Part shown: positions 20,182-30,399 of the stretch, one piece after another
Position numbering within the stretch: the first letter of the stretch is position 1
How the letters are laid out: the number at the start of each line of letters is the position of its first letter
Source of the DNA: Minisyncoccia bacterium
GTDB lineage: Bacteria; Patescibacteriota; Minisyncoccia; Phycocordibacterales; UBA5272
Direction of reading: 5' to 3'
DNA length: 64,000 nt
Assembly (NCBI GenBank): GCA_039809325.1
Contig: JBDHUS010000001.1
Span: 391 to 64,390 of the forward strand
Notes under the pieces: model-generated
Databases searched by the model: none
What the model was told of the DNA's origin: nothing
Seen by the model: only the letters and a program-made list of their open reading frames with translations
Position numbers and translations under genes: made by a program

Positions 20182-20823
20182 TTAAATCTTAAATAATATA
20201 ACTTCTCCTTGTTTTCCATCTAAATCTTTTCTTTTAATAGTTAATTTTTCTAATTTTTCAACCTTTTCTTTTCCAGCTTCTTTTAAAAACATCTTTAAAG
20301 AAGCATCATCATAGTCCATCGGTATAACGATACTAGGCTCTAATTTTGTAGCGAGCTTATTCGCATCATATGCATTTAACATTTCTTCATTACTAGAAGC
20401 TGGTATAAACAAAATATCTATATCATCTATCACTTCTCTTTGTTCAGGAGAAAGATCTTCTTTTAAAGCTCCAAGAAAACACATTTTAATATTATCTACA
20501 GTAAAGACATAACTAGTATTTTGTAATTTTATTTTTTCTTTTGATTTTGAATTTACTGATAAATCTACGAAAGTACCGAATCCTTTTATAAAAATATCTT
20601 TTACTTCATATTCTCCAGGACCAGAAATTACAAATGGTTGTCTATCACCATAATTCATTATATCTCCCCCGTTATAATCTGGATGATTTGTAGTTTCTAG
20701 AACAATATCTGCACCATACTTGTTTACATCTTCTTTACTATCTTTAGATACAGGGTTAATAGCTAAGGTCAAATCTCCAAGCTGAATTTTAAAATGTTGT
20801 TTATTAAAATGGGTAATAATCAT
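20182..20823 (-). CDS. MBL-fold hydrolase (Lactamase_B_3-like), degenerate metal motif
   Basis: ISGPGEYEVKDIFIKG, DILFIP, LEPSIVIPMDY; the HxHxDH motif reads TTNHPDY. Confidence 0.8.
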   Translation of the reverse strand: MIITHFNKQHFKIQLGDLTLAINPVSKDSKEDVNKYGADIVLETTNHPDYNGGDIMNYGDRQPFVISGPGEYEVKDIFIKGFGTFVDLSVNSKSKEKIKLQNTSYVFTVDNIKMCFLGALKEDLSPEQREVIDDIDILFIPASSNEEMLNAYDANKLATKLEPSIVIPMDYDDASLKMFLKEAGKEKVEKLEKLTIKRKDLDGKQGEVILFKI

Positions 20824-20951
20824 AAAAGTTTTTCTTTTAAATTAAATATATTCTAACATTTTTGAAATTAGTTTAACACTTTACTTTTTTAAGTAATGTG
20901 ATAAACTAAATTTGTTGTTCATTAAATTCTTTAATTTTTAAATTTATTGCC

Positions 20952-21134
20952 ATGCCTAATGATTTACTTCTCCCGAAAGGGAGAAAAACAAATGAAAAGA
21001 AATGCTCTTATACAGTTGGTACATATAGTTGTATAAATTGTGTAACTGGCGGAAAATGTCCAAGTAATTTTAAAACCATCGAAAAAATCGGAAAGATCGA
21101 AAGAGGTTTAGAATATTGCTTCGGACGGCAGTAA
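20952..21134 (+). CDS. Small Cys-rich hypothetical protein
   Basis: 60 aa, 5 Cys; own promoter-like sequence and terminator AAAACCCGA-GTAA-TCGGGTTTT (~21140-21161). Confidence 0.5.
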   Translation: MPNDLLLPKGRKTNEKKCSYTVGTYSCINCVTGGKCPSNFKTIEKIGKIERGLEYCFGRQ

Positions 21135-21165
21135 AAAACAAAACCCGAGTAATCGGGTTTTAATT

Positions 21166-23139
21166 TTATTTCTTCACTTCTATTCCATGCAATACTAATA
21201 TCTTTTCAAATTCTTCTCTTTCAATATTTTCTTTTTCTATTAATTCTTTTGTTATGTAATCAAGCACACTTCTTTTTTCTCGGACAATTCTCTTTGCTGT
21301 CTCAAGCCCCTCTTCACATATTTTCTTAATTTCACTATCTACTTTGTCAGCAAGATTTTCTCCAATTATATTTTTTGAGTCTGACAAATTTCCGTACACA
21401 ATTTTCTTCTCATCATTCTCAATTGCAAATGGTCCAACCTCTTCACTCATTCCATATTTCATCACCATATCGCGTGCAAGAGCTGAGATCATTTGAAGAT
21501 CGCCTGATGGTCCAGTAGAAACATCACCATATATTTCTACTTCTGCTGCATAGCCACCATATGCCACAGCTATATCATCAATAAAATTTTTACGAGTTAA
21601 AAGTCTTTTATCATCTAGTGGTAGCTTTAATGTATATCCTCCAGCACTACCACGGGAAATAATAGAAATTTTATGTACCGGATCAGCATTTGGTAAAAGT
21701 GAAGCAACTAGAGCATGCCCTGCTTCATGATAAGCTGTTTTTTCTTTTTCTTTTTCTGAAAGTAGATGCGTCTTTCTTTCTGGGCCAAGCATAACTTTTT
21801 CAATACTTCTTATTAAGTCATATTGAGATATTTGATTTCTCTCTTCTCTGGCTGCAAGTATTGCTCCTTCATTCATAACAGATGCTAGGTCTGCTCCAGA
21901 AAATCCAGGAGTTCTCTCTGCAATCACTTTAAGATTTACATCTTCTGCTAATGGTTTTTCTTTTTTATGTACTATTAAAATTTCTTCCCGACTTTCTCTG
22001 TCTGGTAAATCTATTATTACTCTTCTATCAAATCTCCCTGGGCGAAGAAGCGCTCTATCTAGAACATCTGGTCTATTTGTAGCTGCTATTACAATTAACT
22101 TTTCATTTGGTTCAAATCCGTCCATCTCTACAAGTATTTGATTTAATGTCTGTTCTCTTTCATCATTTCCTCCACCAAGCCCTACTCCTCTCGCCCTTCC
22201 AACCGCATCTATTTCATCTATAAAAATAATAGCTGGAGAATTTTGCTTTGCTTCTTTAAAAAGGTCACGCACACGACTTGCTCCCACTCCGACAAACATT
22301 TCTACAAATTCACTTCCTGACAAATGATAAAATGGAACTTTTGCTTCACCTGCTACCGCTCTTGCAAGTAATGTCTTTCCTGTTCCTGGAGCTCCCATAA
22401 GTAATACCCCTTTCGGAGTTTTGGCTCCTATCTCAATAAATTTTTTAGGATTTTTTAGAAAGTCTACAACTTCTTCTAATTCTTGTTTTGCTTCTTTTGC
22501 TCCAGCTACATCTTTAAAAGTTATTTTTTTACTAGCATCATTTGGATCTATTAGCTTTGCTCTTGTCTGTCCAAAAGAAAGTGCTTGCATATTTGCTCCT
22601 TTTACTCCACGAAGTAATGACCAAATTAAAATTATTAAAAATATAATAGGTAAAAATATTGGTAATAAAGTAGTCCAAAAATTAAAACCTCCATCTTCTT
22701 TTACTTTTATGTTTAAAGAATTAAGTGTATTTGTTGGCACCTCATAACTTTTTAAAATATTTAAAAATGTTTCTCCATTCTCTTTTTCTGCAACAAGTAA
22801 AGTATCTGTCCCAGATTCAAGATAAATTTTATTTCCTTCTATTAAAATATTTTTAAGTGTAGAAGTTGAAGTTGTAGCATTTGTAGAACTTGCATTTGTA
22901 CTTGTGGCTATGATTGTACTTTCATTTATATTTTTAATAATCTCATTCATTGAGACTTTTTCTTCTTTTCTCTCATCTTTATTTATAAAAAGATTTGATA
23001 TTAAAGAAAAAGTAAAAACTATTAATATTACAAAAATAACAGCATTAAAAAGCCAAGCAAATAAATTTTTTGGTTTTTTATTTTTTTTATTTTTATTATT
23101 TAATGGCGATTTTACTCTTTTAATTTTTATTTTTAACAT
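21166..23139 (-). CDS. ftsH: ATP-dependent zinc metalloprotease FtsH
   Basis: Two TMs, [30 protein letters not shown]. Confidence 0.97.
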   Translation of the reverse strand: MLKIKIKRVKSPLNNKNKKNKKPKNLFAWLFNAVIFVILIVFTFSLISNLFINKDERKEEKVSMNEIIKNINESTIIATSTNASSTNATTSTSTLKNILIEGNKIYLESGTDTLLVAEKENGETFLNILKSYEVPTNTLNSLNIKVKEDGGFNFWTTLLPIFLPIIFLIILIWSLLRGVKGANMQALSFGQTRAKLIDPNDASKKITFKDVAGAKEAKQELEEVVDFLKNPKKFIEIGAKTPKGVLLMGAPGTGKTLLARAVAGEAKVPFYHLSGSEFVEMFVGVGASRVRDLFKEAKQNSPAIIFIDEIDAVGRARGVGLGGGNDEREQTLNQILVEMDGFEPNEKLIVIAATNRPDVLDRALLRPGRFDRRVIIDLPDRESREEILIVHKKEKPLAEDVNLKVIAERTPGFSGADLASVMNEGAILAAREERNQISQYDLIRSIEKVMLGPERKTHLLSEKEKEKTAYHEAGHALVASLLPNADPVHKISIISRGSAGGYTLKLPLDDKRLLTRKNFIDDIAVAYGGYAAEVEIYGDVSTGPSGDLQMISALARDMVMKYGMSEEVGPFAIENDEKKIVYGNLSDSKNIIGENLADKVDSEIKKICEEGLETAKRIVREKRSVLDYITKELIEKENIEREEFEKILVLHGIEVKK

Positions 23140-23212
23140 AGATTAGTATCTGTATAAAGATAAGGAAATATTAACATAATTATGTTAAAATGTGAAAAAT
23201 AAATAAAATAAA

Positions 23213-23656
23213 ATGTCTCTTATAGAAAATAAAAAATTACATCTAGATTATGAAATAAAAGAAAGATTTGAAGCTGGAATTGAGCTTCTTGGAAATGAGG
23301 TAAAAGCAATCAGAAATAATAAAGCACAAATCACAGGAGCAAAAATTATAATTCGTGGCGGCGAAGCTTTTATTGTTGGAATGAATGTTTCCCCTTATCA
23401 AGCAAATAGTAAAGAATACAAATCTAAAAATACAGATAAAAATGATAGGACAAGAAAATTACTTATGAAAAAATCGGAAATTTTAAAACTTACTACTGAA
23501 TCTGAAAAAGGATTATCTATACTCCCTATTAAAATTTACGATTCTCACGGACTTTTAAAATTAGAAATTGGATTAACTAAGAGGAAAAATAAAGTAGACA
23601 AAAGAGAAACCATAAAATTAAAAGATTTTAAGAGAGAGGAGAAGAGATTTATATAA
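23213..23656 (+). CDS. smpB: SsrA-binding protein
   Basis: ENKK...YEI...EAGIELLGNEVKAIR, RTRKLL, DKRETIK. Confidence 0.95.
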   Translation: MSLIENKKLHLDYEIKERFEAGIELLGNEVKAIRNNKAQITGAKIIIRGGEAFIVGMNVSPYQANSKEYKSKNTDKNDRTRKLLMKKSEILKLTTESEKGLSILPIKIYDSHGLLKLEIGLTKRKNKVDKRETIKLKDFKREEKRFI

Positions 23657-23664
23657 AAAATACA

Positions 23665-23687
23665 GGGCGGCGCCTTCAACACCGCCC
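23665..23687. repeat. REP-like 23-bp GC-rich hairpin, copy 1 (in bidirectional terminator 23652-23700)
   Basis: GGGCGGCGCC-TTC-AACACCGCCC with AT-rich inverted arms, between convergent smpB and helicase. Confidence 0.75.
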
Positions 23688-23703
23688 TGTATTTTTTATA
23701 TTT

Positions 23704-25077
23704 TTATTCCACAAAAGTAAATGCTTTTCCTAATTTTCCACCCCTCCCTGTTCTCCCAATCCTATGAATATAATCTTCATAAGTAGAAGGTAAATCATAA
23801 TTTATAACATGAGAAACATTTGGTACATCAAGTCCTCTTGCTGCCACATCTGTCGCAATAAGAATCTTTGCTTTATTGTCTTTAAAACTTTTTAAAGCAA
23901 AATTTCTCTCTCTTGGTCTTTTATCTCCATGAATAGCAATAGCATTATGTCCAAGAATTTTTAAATGTTTTTCTATTCTATCAACTCCTATCTTAGTCTC
24001 TCCAAAGATAATAACTTTTTCAAAATCATCACCCAAAAGTAAATCATGAAGTATATTTATTTTATTTTTTCCATTTAGATAAACCACATCTTGCTCTATT
24101 GTCGCTGCTGTATCTCTTGTCTTCACTTCTACAAATACTGGATTTACAAGAAATTCTTTTATTATTTTATTAACACTAGGATTAGTTGTAGCTGAAAAGA
24201 ATAATGTCTGATGAGGCTTTGACATTTCATTCATTAGGAATTTCATATCATCCACAAATCCCATATCTAGCATTCTATCTGACTCATCAAGTACTATAGT
24301 TTTAAATTCTTTTATATTTAAAACCCCTCTATTTATTAGATCTTTTAACCTCCCAGGAGTACCTATTACAAAATTATGCTCATATTTAAAATCTTTTATT
24401 TGATTATAAATTGGCATACCGCCAACAGCAGAAATACTCCAAAGTTTTAATCCTTTTGTAAACTTTTTAAATTCATTATCAATTTGAACTGCCAGCTCTC
24501 TTGTTGGCGCGAGTATTATGACCATTTCTTTTTTATTTTTTAAAACTTTGTCTATAAGAGGCAGTAAAAATGCTGCTGTCTTTCCAGTACCAGTATTTGC
24601 AATACCAACCATATCTCGTCCATCTAAAATATTATTTATAGATTTATCTTGTATAAGAGTAGGTGTGGTATAGCCACTTTCTAAAATATTTTTCTTTAAT
24701 CTTTCATCAATTTTTAAATTTTCAAAAGTATTTTCTGGAATATATACTTCCTCTACTTCTTTAATTTCTTTTGCATTTGATTTGTTGATAAATTTTGTGA
24801 TGTCATTAAAAACAGACCTTTTCTTTCCACCTCTTCTTCCAGCAAACCTATTTCTTCCTCCGATTCTACTTCCTCCACCAAAATTATTTCTTGAGCAATA
24901 TCTTGAAAAATTTCTTTCTCTTTTTCCTTCTTTATTATTATCTGTTTTTTTTCCACCATTATTTTTAAAATTATTTTTAGAAGAAAAATTATTTTTTCTT
25001 TCAGCGCTACCTCCTCTACGCACACTATTATTAGATGATCTTGAATGATCATTTCTATTATTTGATTTTTTTAACAT
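23704..25077 (-). CDS. DEAD-box RNA helicase (DESD variant)
   Basis: Q motif, ANTGTGKT, PTRELA, DESDRMLDMGF, SAT, HRIGRTGR; R/G/N-rich N-terminus. Confidence 0.93.
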   Translation of the reverse strand: MLKKSNNRNDHSRSSNNSVRRGGSAERKNNFSSKNNFKNNGGKKTDNNKEGKRERNFSRYCSRNNFGGGSRIGGRNRFAGRRGGKKRSVFNDITKFINKSNAKEIKEVEEVYIPENTFENLKIDERLKKNILESGYTTPTLIQDKSINNILDGRDMVGIANTGTGKTAAFLLPLIDKVLKNKKEMVIILAPTRELAVQIDNEFKKFTKGLKLWSISAVGGMPIYNQIKDFKYEHNFVIGTPGRLKDLINRGVLNIKEFKTIVLDESDRMLDMGFVDDMKFLMNEMSKPHQTLFFSATTNPSVNKIIKEFLVNPVFVEVKTRDTAATIEQDVVYLNGKNKINILHDLLLGDDFEKVIIFGETKIGVDRIEKHLKILGHNAIAIHGDKRPRERNFALKSFKDNKAKILIATDVAARGLDVPNVSHVINYDLPSTYEDYIHRIGRTGRGGKLGKAFTFVE

Positions 25078-25215
25078 ATTTATTTGAAGTCCTATTATTT
25101 CTAAATCTAAGCCGGACTTCTGATCTCCTACTTTCTATTTAGATCATAAATAAATTATGTTTTTAGTTTCTGTATTATCAGGAAACTCAGAATAAAGAGA
25201 TTAACTTATAAATTC

Positions 25216-25244
25216 ATTATAATATAATTTATACCCCTTGTCAA
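25216..25244 (-). promoter_or_regulatory. Consensus sigma70 promoter of the helicase, giving a ~130-nt structured 5' UTR
   Basis: TTGACA-N17-TATAAT on the minus strand. Confidence 0.75.
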
Positions 25245-25276
25245 ATAATATTATTTACACATTTCTTAATCTACTA

Positions 25277-25306
25277 TTGACTATGTTAAGAATAGTGTGC
25301 TATAAT
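25277..25306 (+). promoter_or_regulatory. tmRNA promoter
   Basis: TTGACT-N18-TATAAT with extended -10 TG. Confidence 0.7.
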
Positions 25307-25314
25307 AAATATAT

Positions 25315-25698
25315 GGGAGTGTCAGGATTCGACACATAATTCTTTGTAAATGTGGTTTCCGATAATGAAAATATATCGTTAAATCTTTTCAAAATATGTT
25401 GCAAACAAAACTGCAAAAGCTGTGCCTTCTCCTTTCGGATGGGCATTCGCTCCGGTAGCCGCTTAATTAAGCCGCTTTGGTGCTGACCTTTATTTACATA
25501 TCGTAAAGAGCTCGGCAATATAAAGAATATGTGTAGAAAATTTTAAGTTAGCTTTCTCTAAAATTTTTGAAAAATAAAAAGCTAAGCGGAGCTATTTTGT
25601 TTATTTAATAAGCTTCGACGAAAATCAATAAATAAACTATGAAACTAGACTCATTTATAAAAATTATCTGCACGGGGGTTCAACTCCCCCCACTTCCA
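25315..25698 (+). ncRNA. ssrA: tmRNA (transfer-messenger RNA)
   Basis: 5' GGGAGTG...GGATTCGAC, 3' GGGGGTTCAACTCCCCC-CACTTCC-A; acceptor stem with G3-U70; tag ORF 25401-25466 ANKTAKAVPSPFGWAFAPVAA*; smpB nearby. Confidence 0.93.
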
Positions 25699-25876
25699 CA
25701 AAAATAATGGAGAAAAAGCAATGCTTTTTTGTAGTATATTTTTTGAGATGTGGAGGAAGTTGAACTGAGTCGCCTGCGAAGCCACGAGCAAAACGAGTGA
25801 GGCGGCGAAGCGGGGTCGAGAAACAAGGAGCAAAGCGACTATGTTTGGTGACCAACTCCCCCCACTTCCACAAAAA
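25681..25876 (+). repeat. 24-bp direct repeat of the tmRNA 3' end flanking a GC-rich mini-element
   Basis: CAACTCCCCCCACTTCCACAAAAA at 25681-25704 and 25853-25876. Confidence 0.85.
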
Positions 25877-25922
25877 ATATAATATGCTATAATATTATTA
25901 TAATTTATAAAATATAGACACA

Positions 25923-26210
25923 ATGAATAATACAATAAATACAACAGCTTTAACTTCTGATATAAATAATTTTATTTATGCATCTGGAATAAGTTTAATT
26001 ATTCTTGTTTTAGTTATTATTTTAATCTGGAGCTCGATATGGAAAGGTATTGCTTTATGGAAGGCTGCAAAAAATGGTTCAAAATTTTGGTTTATACTTT
26101 TATTTATAATCAACACACTTGGCATTCTTGAAATACTCTATATATATGTTTTTTCTAAAAAAACTAAATTAAAAAATAAGAATAACGCTACAGCTCTTAA
26201 TCATAATTAA
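25923..26210 (+). CDS. DUF5652-like membrane protein
   Basis: WSSIWKGIALWKAAKNGSKFWFILLFIINTLGILEILYI. Confidence 0.85.
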   Translation: MNNTINTTALTSDINNFIYASGISLIILVLVIILIWSSIWKGIALWKAAKNGSKFWFILLFIINTLGILEILYIYVFSKKTKLKNKNNATALNHN

Positions 26211-26220
26211 TAAAAACCAA

Positions 26221-26778
26221 ATGAATAAACCTACTTTTAGTTCTAAAAATTTTCAAAAGAAAAATTTAAATAAAGCGAGTATTAATAATCAAATACGCGC
26301 TCTTGAGATGCGCGTTATAGACGAAAAGGGTAAAAATCTTGGAGTAATAAGTAAAGAGGAGGCTCTTTCTCTTGCCAAAAATGCTGGATTAGACTTGATA
26401 GAAATTTCTTCGAGTGTAAATCCACCTATTTGCAAAATAGCAGATTATGGTAAACATACATATGACATGAGTAAAAAGAAAAAAGAAGTAAAAAGTAAAC
26501 AAATAATAAGTGAAACAAAAAATATACAAATTAGCGTAGAGATTAGTGATAATGATATTTTAATAAAAAGTAAAAGAGCTGCCGAATGGCTTAAAGAAGG
26601 TCATAGGGTAAAGATAGATTTACAATTAAAAGGTAGAACAAAATATATGGAAGATACTTTTCTAAGATCAAGAATGGATAGAATTCTAGCTATAATCCCT
26701 TGTGAGTATAAAGTAGCTGAACCGGTTAAAAAAGTAGGCAATAAATCATTTATCACAATACTTGAAAAAGTTAAATAA
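26221..26778 (+). CDS. infC: Translation initiation factor IF-3
   Basis: INNQIRA.EMRVID, GLDLIEI, PPICKIADYGK, GHRVKI; infC-rpmI-rplT order. Confidence 0.95.
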   Translation: MNKPTFSSKNFQKKNLNKASINNQIRALEMRVIDEKGKNLGVISKEEALSLAKNAGLDLIEISSSVNPPICKIADYGKHTYDMSKKKKEVKSKQIISETKNIQISVEISDNDILIKSKRAAEWLKEGHRVKIDLQLKGRTKYMEDTFLRSRMDRILAIIPCEYKVAEPVKKVGNKSFITILEKVK

Positions 26779-26844
26779 TTATGCTATTATTCTAAAACTA
26801 GCTTAATAAAAATTAATTCTTTAATTTTTATTTGGTATAAATTT

Positions 26845-27036
26845 ATGAAAACGAACAAATCTTTAACAAAAAGATTAAAAATCACAAAAACTGGAAAGAT
26901 TTTAAAGAGAAAATCTGGTTTTAATCATTTTAATTCAAGACAAAGTAGAATAAAACAATTAGCTGGTAAAAAAATGTCAGAATTTATAATGACAAATAAA
27001 GCAAAAAGAAGATTCCTACCAGGACTCGTTAAATAA
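26845..27036 (+). CDS. rpmI: 50S ribosomal protein L35
   Basis: MKTNKSLTKRLKITKTGKI, position in operon. Confidence 0.93.
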   Translation: MKTNKSLTKRLKITKTGKILKRKSGFNHFNSRQSRIKQLAGKKMSEFIMTNKAKRRFLPGLVK

Positions 27037-27058
27037 TTTTTAATTTAATAATAAATAT

Positions 27059-27403
27059 ATGGCAAGAGTAAAAAGAAGCAAAATAGCAATGAAGCGTAGA
27101 AGAAATCTACTTAAAAGAGCTAAAGGATATCAATTTGGAAGAAGTAAAAAAGAAGTTGAAGCGAAAGTAGCACTGCGAAAAGCTGGAGCGCATGCATTCG
27201 CTCATAGAAAAGATAAGAAAAATGATATGAGAAAGCTTTGGAATGTAAAAATGAATGCAGCTTTAAGAGAACTTGGTACTACATATAGCAAATTTATCAA
27301 TGCTTTAAAGAAAAAAAATATAGAACTAGATAGAAAAATAATGGCAGATCTAGCAGAAAATCATCCAAATGTATTTAATAAAGTAGTTGAAGCCACAAAG
27401 TAA
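27059..27403 (+). CDS. rplT: 50S ribosomal protein L20
   Basis: MARVKR...AKGY.GRS...RKLW...YSKFINALKKKNIELDRK. Confidence 0.96.
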   Translation: MARVKRSKIAMKRRRNLLKRAKGYQFGRSKKEVEAKVALRKAGAHAFAHRKDKKNDMRKLWNVKMNAALRELGTTYSKFINALKKKNIELDRKIMADLAENHPNVFNKVVEATK

Positions 27404-27414
27404 AAAATAGTTTA

Positions 27415-27453
27415 AATAAATCAAACCTCGCGAATGCGAGGTTTGATTTATTT
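27415..27453. terminator. Bidirectional terminator
   Basis: AAATAAATCAAACCTCGC-GAAT-GCGAGGTTTGATTTATTT between convergent genes. Confidence 0.8.
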
Positions 27454-27472
27454 TTTAAATAGAATTTTGAAA

Positions 27473-28195
27473 TTAATTAAGAATTCTCGATATCTTTTCT
27501 CCTATCTCATTTTGTTTCTTTCTTAAATTTTGAACTTCCAAATAAGATAAAATCTTTCCTGAAAAATCCTCATTACGAATTTCTTTAAGAAAATTTATAT
27601 ACTTTAAAGCGTTTTCATAATTAACTCCTCCGTTTTCACCAGTGAATTTATTTAAATCCTGAAGAAAACTCTCGATATAACCTCTATCATTTGGCCTATT
27701 AGATAAATACTGCTTTTTCTCTTCTTCTGAAAAAGTCGCTAGAATTTCTCTAGGCTCCTCCATTATCTTATTACCAAGCTTACCGTACTCTTCTCTCAAG
27801 GATTCAAGATCTTCCAAATTTTCTTCTATTTCCTCATTATTAACTTCTTGATTATCTTTTTTTTCTACCTTCAGATCTTCTTCCGTAGAAGAGTATGGTA
27901 CATCATATTTTTCTGCCATTTTTGCCATATAAGCTTCTTTTTCTGCTTCTAATTTTTCTTTTTCGGCTTGTTCATTTTCTAATCTATGATTTTCATTTAT
28001 TGATTCATTTCTATTATTAACTAATTCTTCTTTTGCATCTTGATATCTTTCTGTACCTTTTTCTTTATTTAAAATATCTTGTGCAAAATCTTTTATTCTC
28101 CCACCTTGACTTCTCATATCTTTTAAATCTTTTGCGAGACTATCTCTATATTCTTGATTATCTTTATTTATTTTTGAGGCTCCTCCTAATGACAT
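27473..28195 (-). CDS. Hypothetical acidic coiled-coil protein
   Basis: 240 aa, E/K-rich; no motif recognised. Confidence 0.7.
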   Translation of the reverse strand: MSLGGASKINKDNQEYRDSLAKDLKDMRSQGGRIKDFAQDILNKEKGTERYQDAKEELVNNRNESINENHRLENEQAEKEKLEAEKEAYMAKMAEKYDVPYSSTEEDLKVEKKDNQEVNNEEIEENLEDLESLREEYGKLGNKIMEEPREILATFSEEEKKQYLSNRPNDRGYIESFLQDLNKFTGENGGVNYENALKYINFLKEIRNEDFSGKILSYLEVQNLRKKQNEIGEKISRILN

Positions 28196-28353
28196 ATATT
28201 TATTATATTATTTATATTATTATTTTTAATTCTTTCTTTAAGAATACTATAATCAAAAAAAAGAAAATTTGACAAAGGATATTTTCTGTGATCGGATTAT
28301 AATATATAAAAAAAATATCTCATACCTTTAACACAAAATATTCTTTTTTAATA

Positions 28354-28962
28354 TTACACTTTTGCTTTTAATTCTGTGACCATATCCATATCCCCCAACT
28401 CTTTTCTTTCTTTATTTTCATTAACCATTACTATTAATCTTTCTACGAGCCTCTTTGGATTTGAATCAAAAATAACATTTGTATTTACTCTATTACTATT
28501 TCTAATAATGTCTCTTATAACTTCATCTGTAGTCCAAGGACCTTCTAAAATACCAAGTGGCATATTTGATTCAAAAGCTACTGTGAATTCATGTATAGTT
28601 CCTATTCTTCCACATCCCACTATCATAGCATGAGAGCTTTTTGTTAATAAAATATCTCTTAAAGGAAATCCAAAACCTGTATAAATTATGATATCAGAAT
28701 AATCAATTGGTAATAAATATAAATCCTTATGCTCTTTTAAATTTGCAGCTGGAGACAATCCTAAAGAAAAAATACCCTCAGCTTCCTTATAACCTTGAGC
28801 TGAAGCAAAAGGAAATCCGCTTGTTGCTCCTGTTGCTAAAACACAACCCTGTAGAGCTATTTCTCTACCTAATTCTTTTGCTATATTTATAACCTCTTTT
28901 CCACAATGTCCAACTTCAGCCGCTCCAGAAACTGAAATAACTATCTTCTTTTGAAAATTCAT
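28354..28962 (-). CDS. LOG/SLOG-family nucleotide-binding protein
   Basis: LATGATSG, GLSPA, IIYTGFG...RD, GRIGTIHEF. Confidence 0.85.
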   Translation of the reverse strand: MNFQKKIVISVSGAAEVGHCGKEVINIAKELGREIALQGCVLATGATSGFPFASAQGYKEAEGIFSLGLSPAANLKEHKDLYLLPIDYSDIIIYTGFGFPLRDILLTKSSHAMIVGCGRIGTIHEFTVAFESNMPLGILEGPWTTDEVIRDIIRNSNRVNTNVIFDSNPKRLVERLIVMVNENKERKELGDMDMVTELKAKV

Positions 28963-28997
28963 ATTATTTTTTTAAATTAGATTAATTATAACATAAG

Positions 28998-30380
28998 TTA
29001 TAAATTAATCTCTATAACCTCGTCTAGTTTAGGAACTTTTACATCTAAATGATATTTTTCTATTAATTTTTGAGCCAGGAAATTTTGGCTTTTTGGTTCA
29101 CCTAAAACTACAAAAACTTTTTTTAAAGTATCTTTCATATTACTTATCCATTCTTGTATAGCATTTGAATCTTTATGAGCAGAAAAACCAGAAATTTGAA
29201 TTATTTCTGCTCTTATAGGAATTTTTTCTCCATTTATTTTGACCTCTTTCATACCGTCTTGTATTTTCCTTCCTAATGTTCCAGCTGCTTGATATCCTAC
29301 TAAGAGCAAAATATTATTGTGATGTGGTAAATATCTTGCTTCATGATGTACTATTCTTCCTCCATTACTCATTCCAGCTCCAGCTATTATAACCTTAGGA
29401 GCTTTAACACTATTTATCGCTTGTGATTCTTCTTTTGTTTTAGAAATTGTAAGCCCCGCAAAAGAAAATATATCATCCCCGCTATGAATAATTTCTTTTA
29501 CATTCTCATTAAAATCTTTCTCATACTTCTTATATACTTTTGTAATTGCTATACCTAAAGGTGAATCTAAAAATACTGGTATTAGAGGTATTTCTTTATT
29601 TTCTACCATATTATTAAATACATATATTAATTCTTGTGTCCTTTCTACAGAAAAAGCCGGTATCATTAAAGTTCCTTTTTTTGTTATTATTCTTTTAATC
29701 GTAGCCTTTAAGAGCTTTATTCTATCTTGAGAATCTTCATGATTTCTGTCCCCATAAACACTTTCAGTAATTAAATAATCTATGTCTTTTATAATCTCTG
29801 TTTCTTTTAAAAGAGGAGATGGAGAATTGCCTAAATCTCCCGTAAACATTATTTTTTTGCCTAAAATATTAAACACTATTAAACTACTTCCTAAAATATG
29901 TCCAGAATTATATAAGACTACTTCTATTTTTCCTATAGAAAGATCTCCTGTTTCTAAAAATATTTTTTCATGATATTTTATTGTTTCCCACAAACTCATT
30001 GTCCTCTCTACATCTTCCTCTTCAAAAATTGGAGAAAGATTATCTCTGAGTGCTTCTTTTGATAATATAGATACTGAATCTCTTAAAACAAATTCTCCAA
30101 TATCTTTAGTTGCAGGAGTCGATATTATAGTTCCACTAAAACCATCTTTTACTAGCTTAGGAATTCTTCCAACATGATCGAGATGGCCGTGTGAGACAAA
30201 AAGTAAATCAATTTTTTTAGGATCATATGAAAAATTTTCTCTATTTCTATTCTCAGAAACTTTTTCTCCTTGATATAGCCCGCAATCTATCATTATTTTT
30301 AATTTGCCAACTTGAAGAATAAAATTAGAGCCTGTAGCTGTACCTGCTCCTCCTGCGAATAATATTTTTATTTTAGACAT
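28998..30380 (-). CDS. MBL-fold beta-CASP ribonuclease
   Basis: SHGHLDHVG, GHILGS, FTGDLG, ESVYG, FSAHKD. Confidence 0.93.
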   Translation of the reverse strand: MSKIKILFAGGAGTATGSNFILQVGKLKIMIDCGLYQGEKVSENRNRENFSYDPKKIDLLFVSHGHLDHVGRIPKLVKDGFSGTIISTPATKDIGEFVLRDSVSILSKEALRDNLSPIFEEEDVERTMSLWETIKYHEKIFLETGDLSIGKIEVVLYNSGHILGSSLIVFNILGKKIMFTGDLGNSPSPLLKETEIIKDIDYLITESVYGDRNHEDSQDRIKLLKATIKRIITKKGTLMIPAFSVERTQELIYVFNNMVENKEIPLIPVFLDSPLGIAITKVYKKYEKDFNENVKEIIHSGDDIFSFAGLTISKTKEESQAINSVKAPKVIIAGAGMSNGGRIVHHEARYLPHHNNILLLVGYQAAGTLGRKIQDGMKEVKINGEKIPIRAEIIQISGFSAHKDSNAIQEWISNMKDTLKKVFVVLGEPKSQNFLAQKLIEKYHLDVKVPKLDEVIEINL

Positions 30381-30399
30381 AAAAATATTATAACATTAA

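Noticed and set aside
25300-25944. Minus-strand ORFs 25300-25518, 25651-25944 and 25664-25873
   Set aside because: Antisense shadows of tmRNA and its duplicated 3' end.
26206-26223. Loss of the AUU start codon in infC
   Set aside because: An in-frame ATT at 26206 lies five codons upstream of the ATG, so the true start cannot be decided from sequence.
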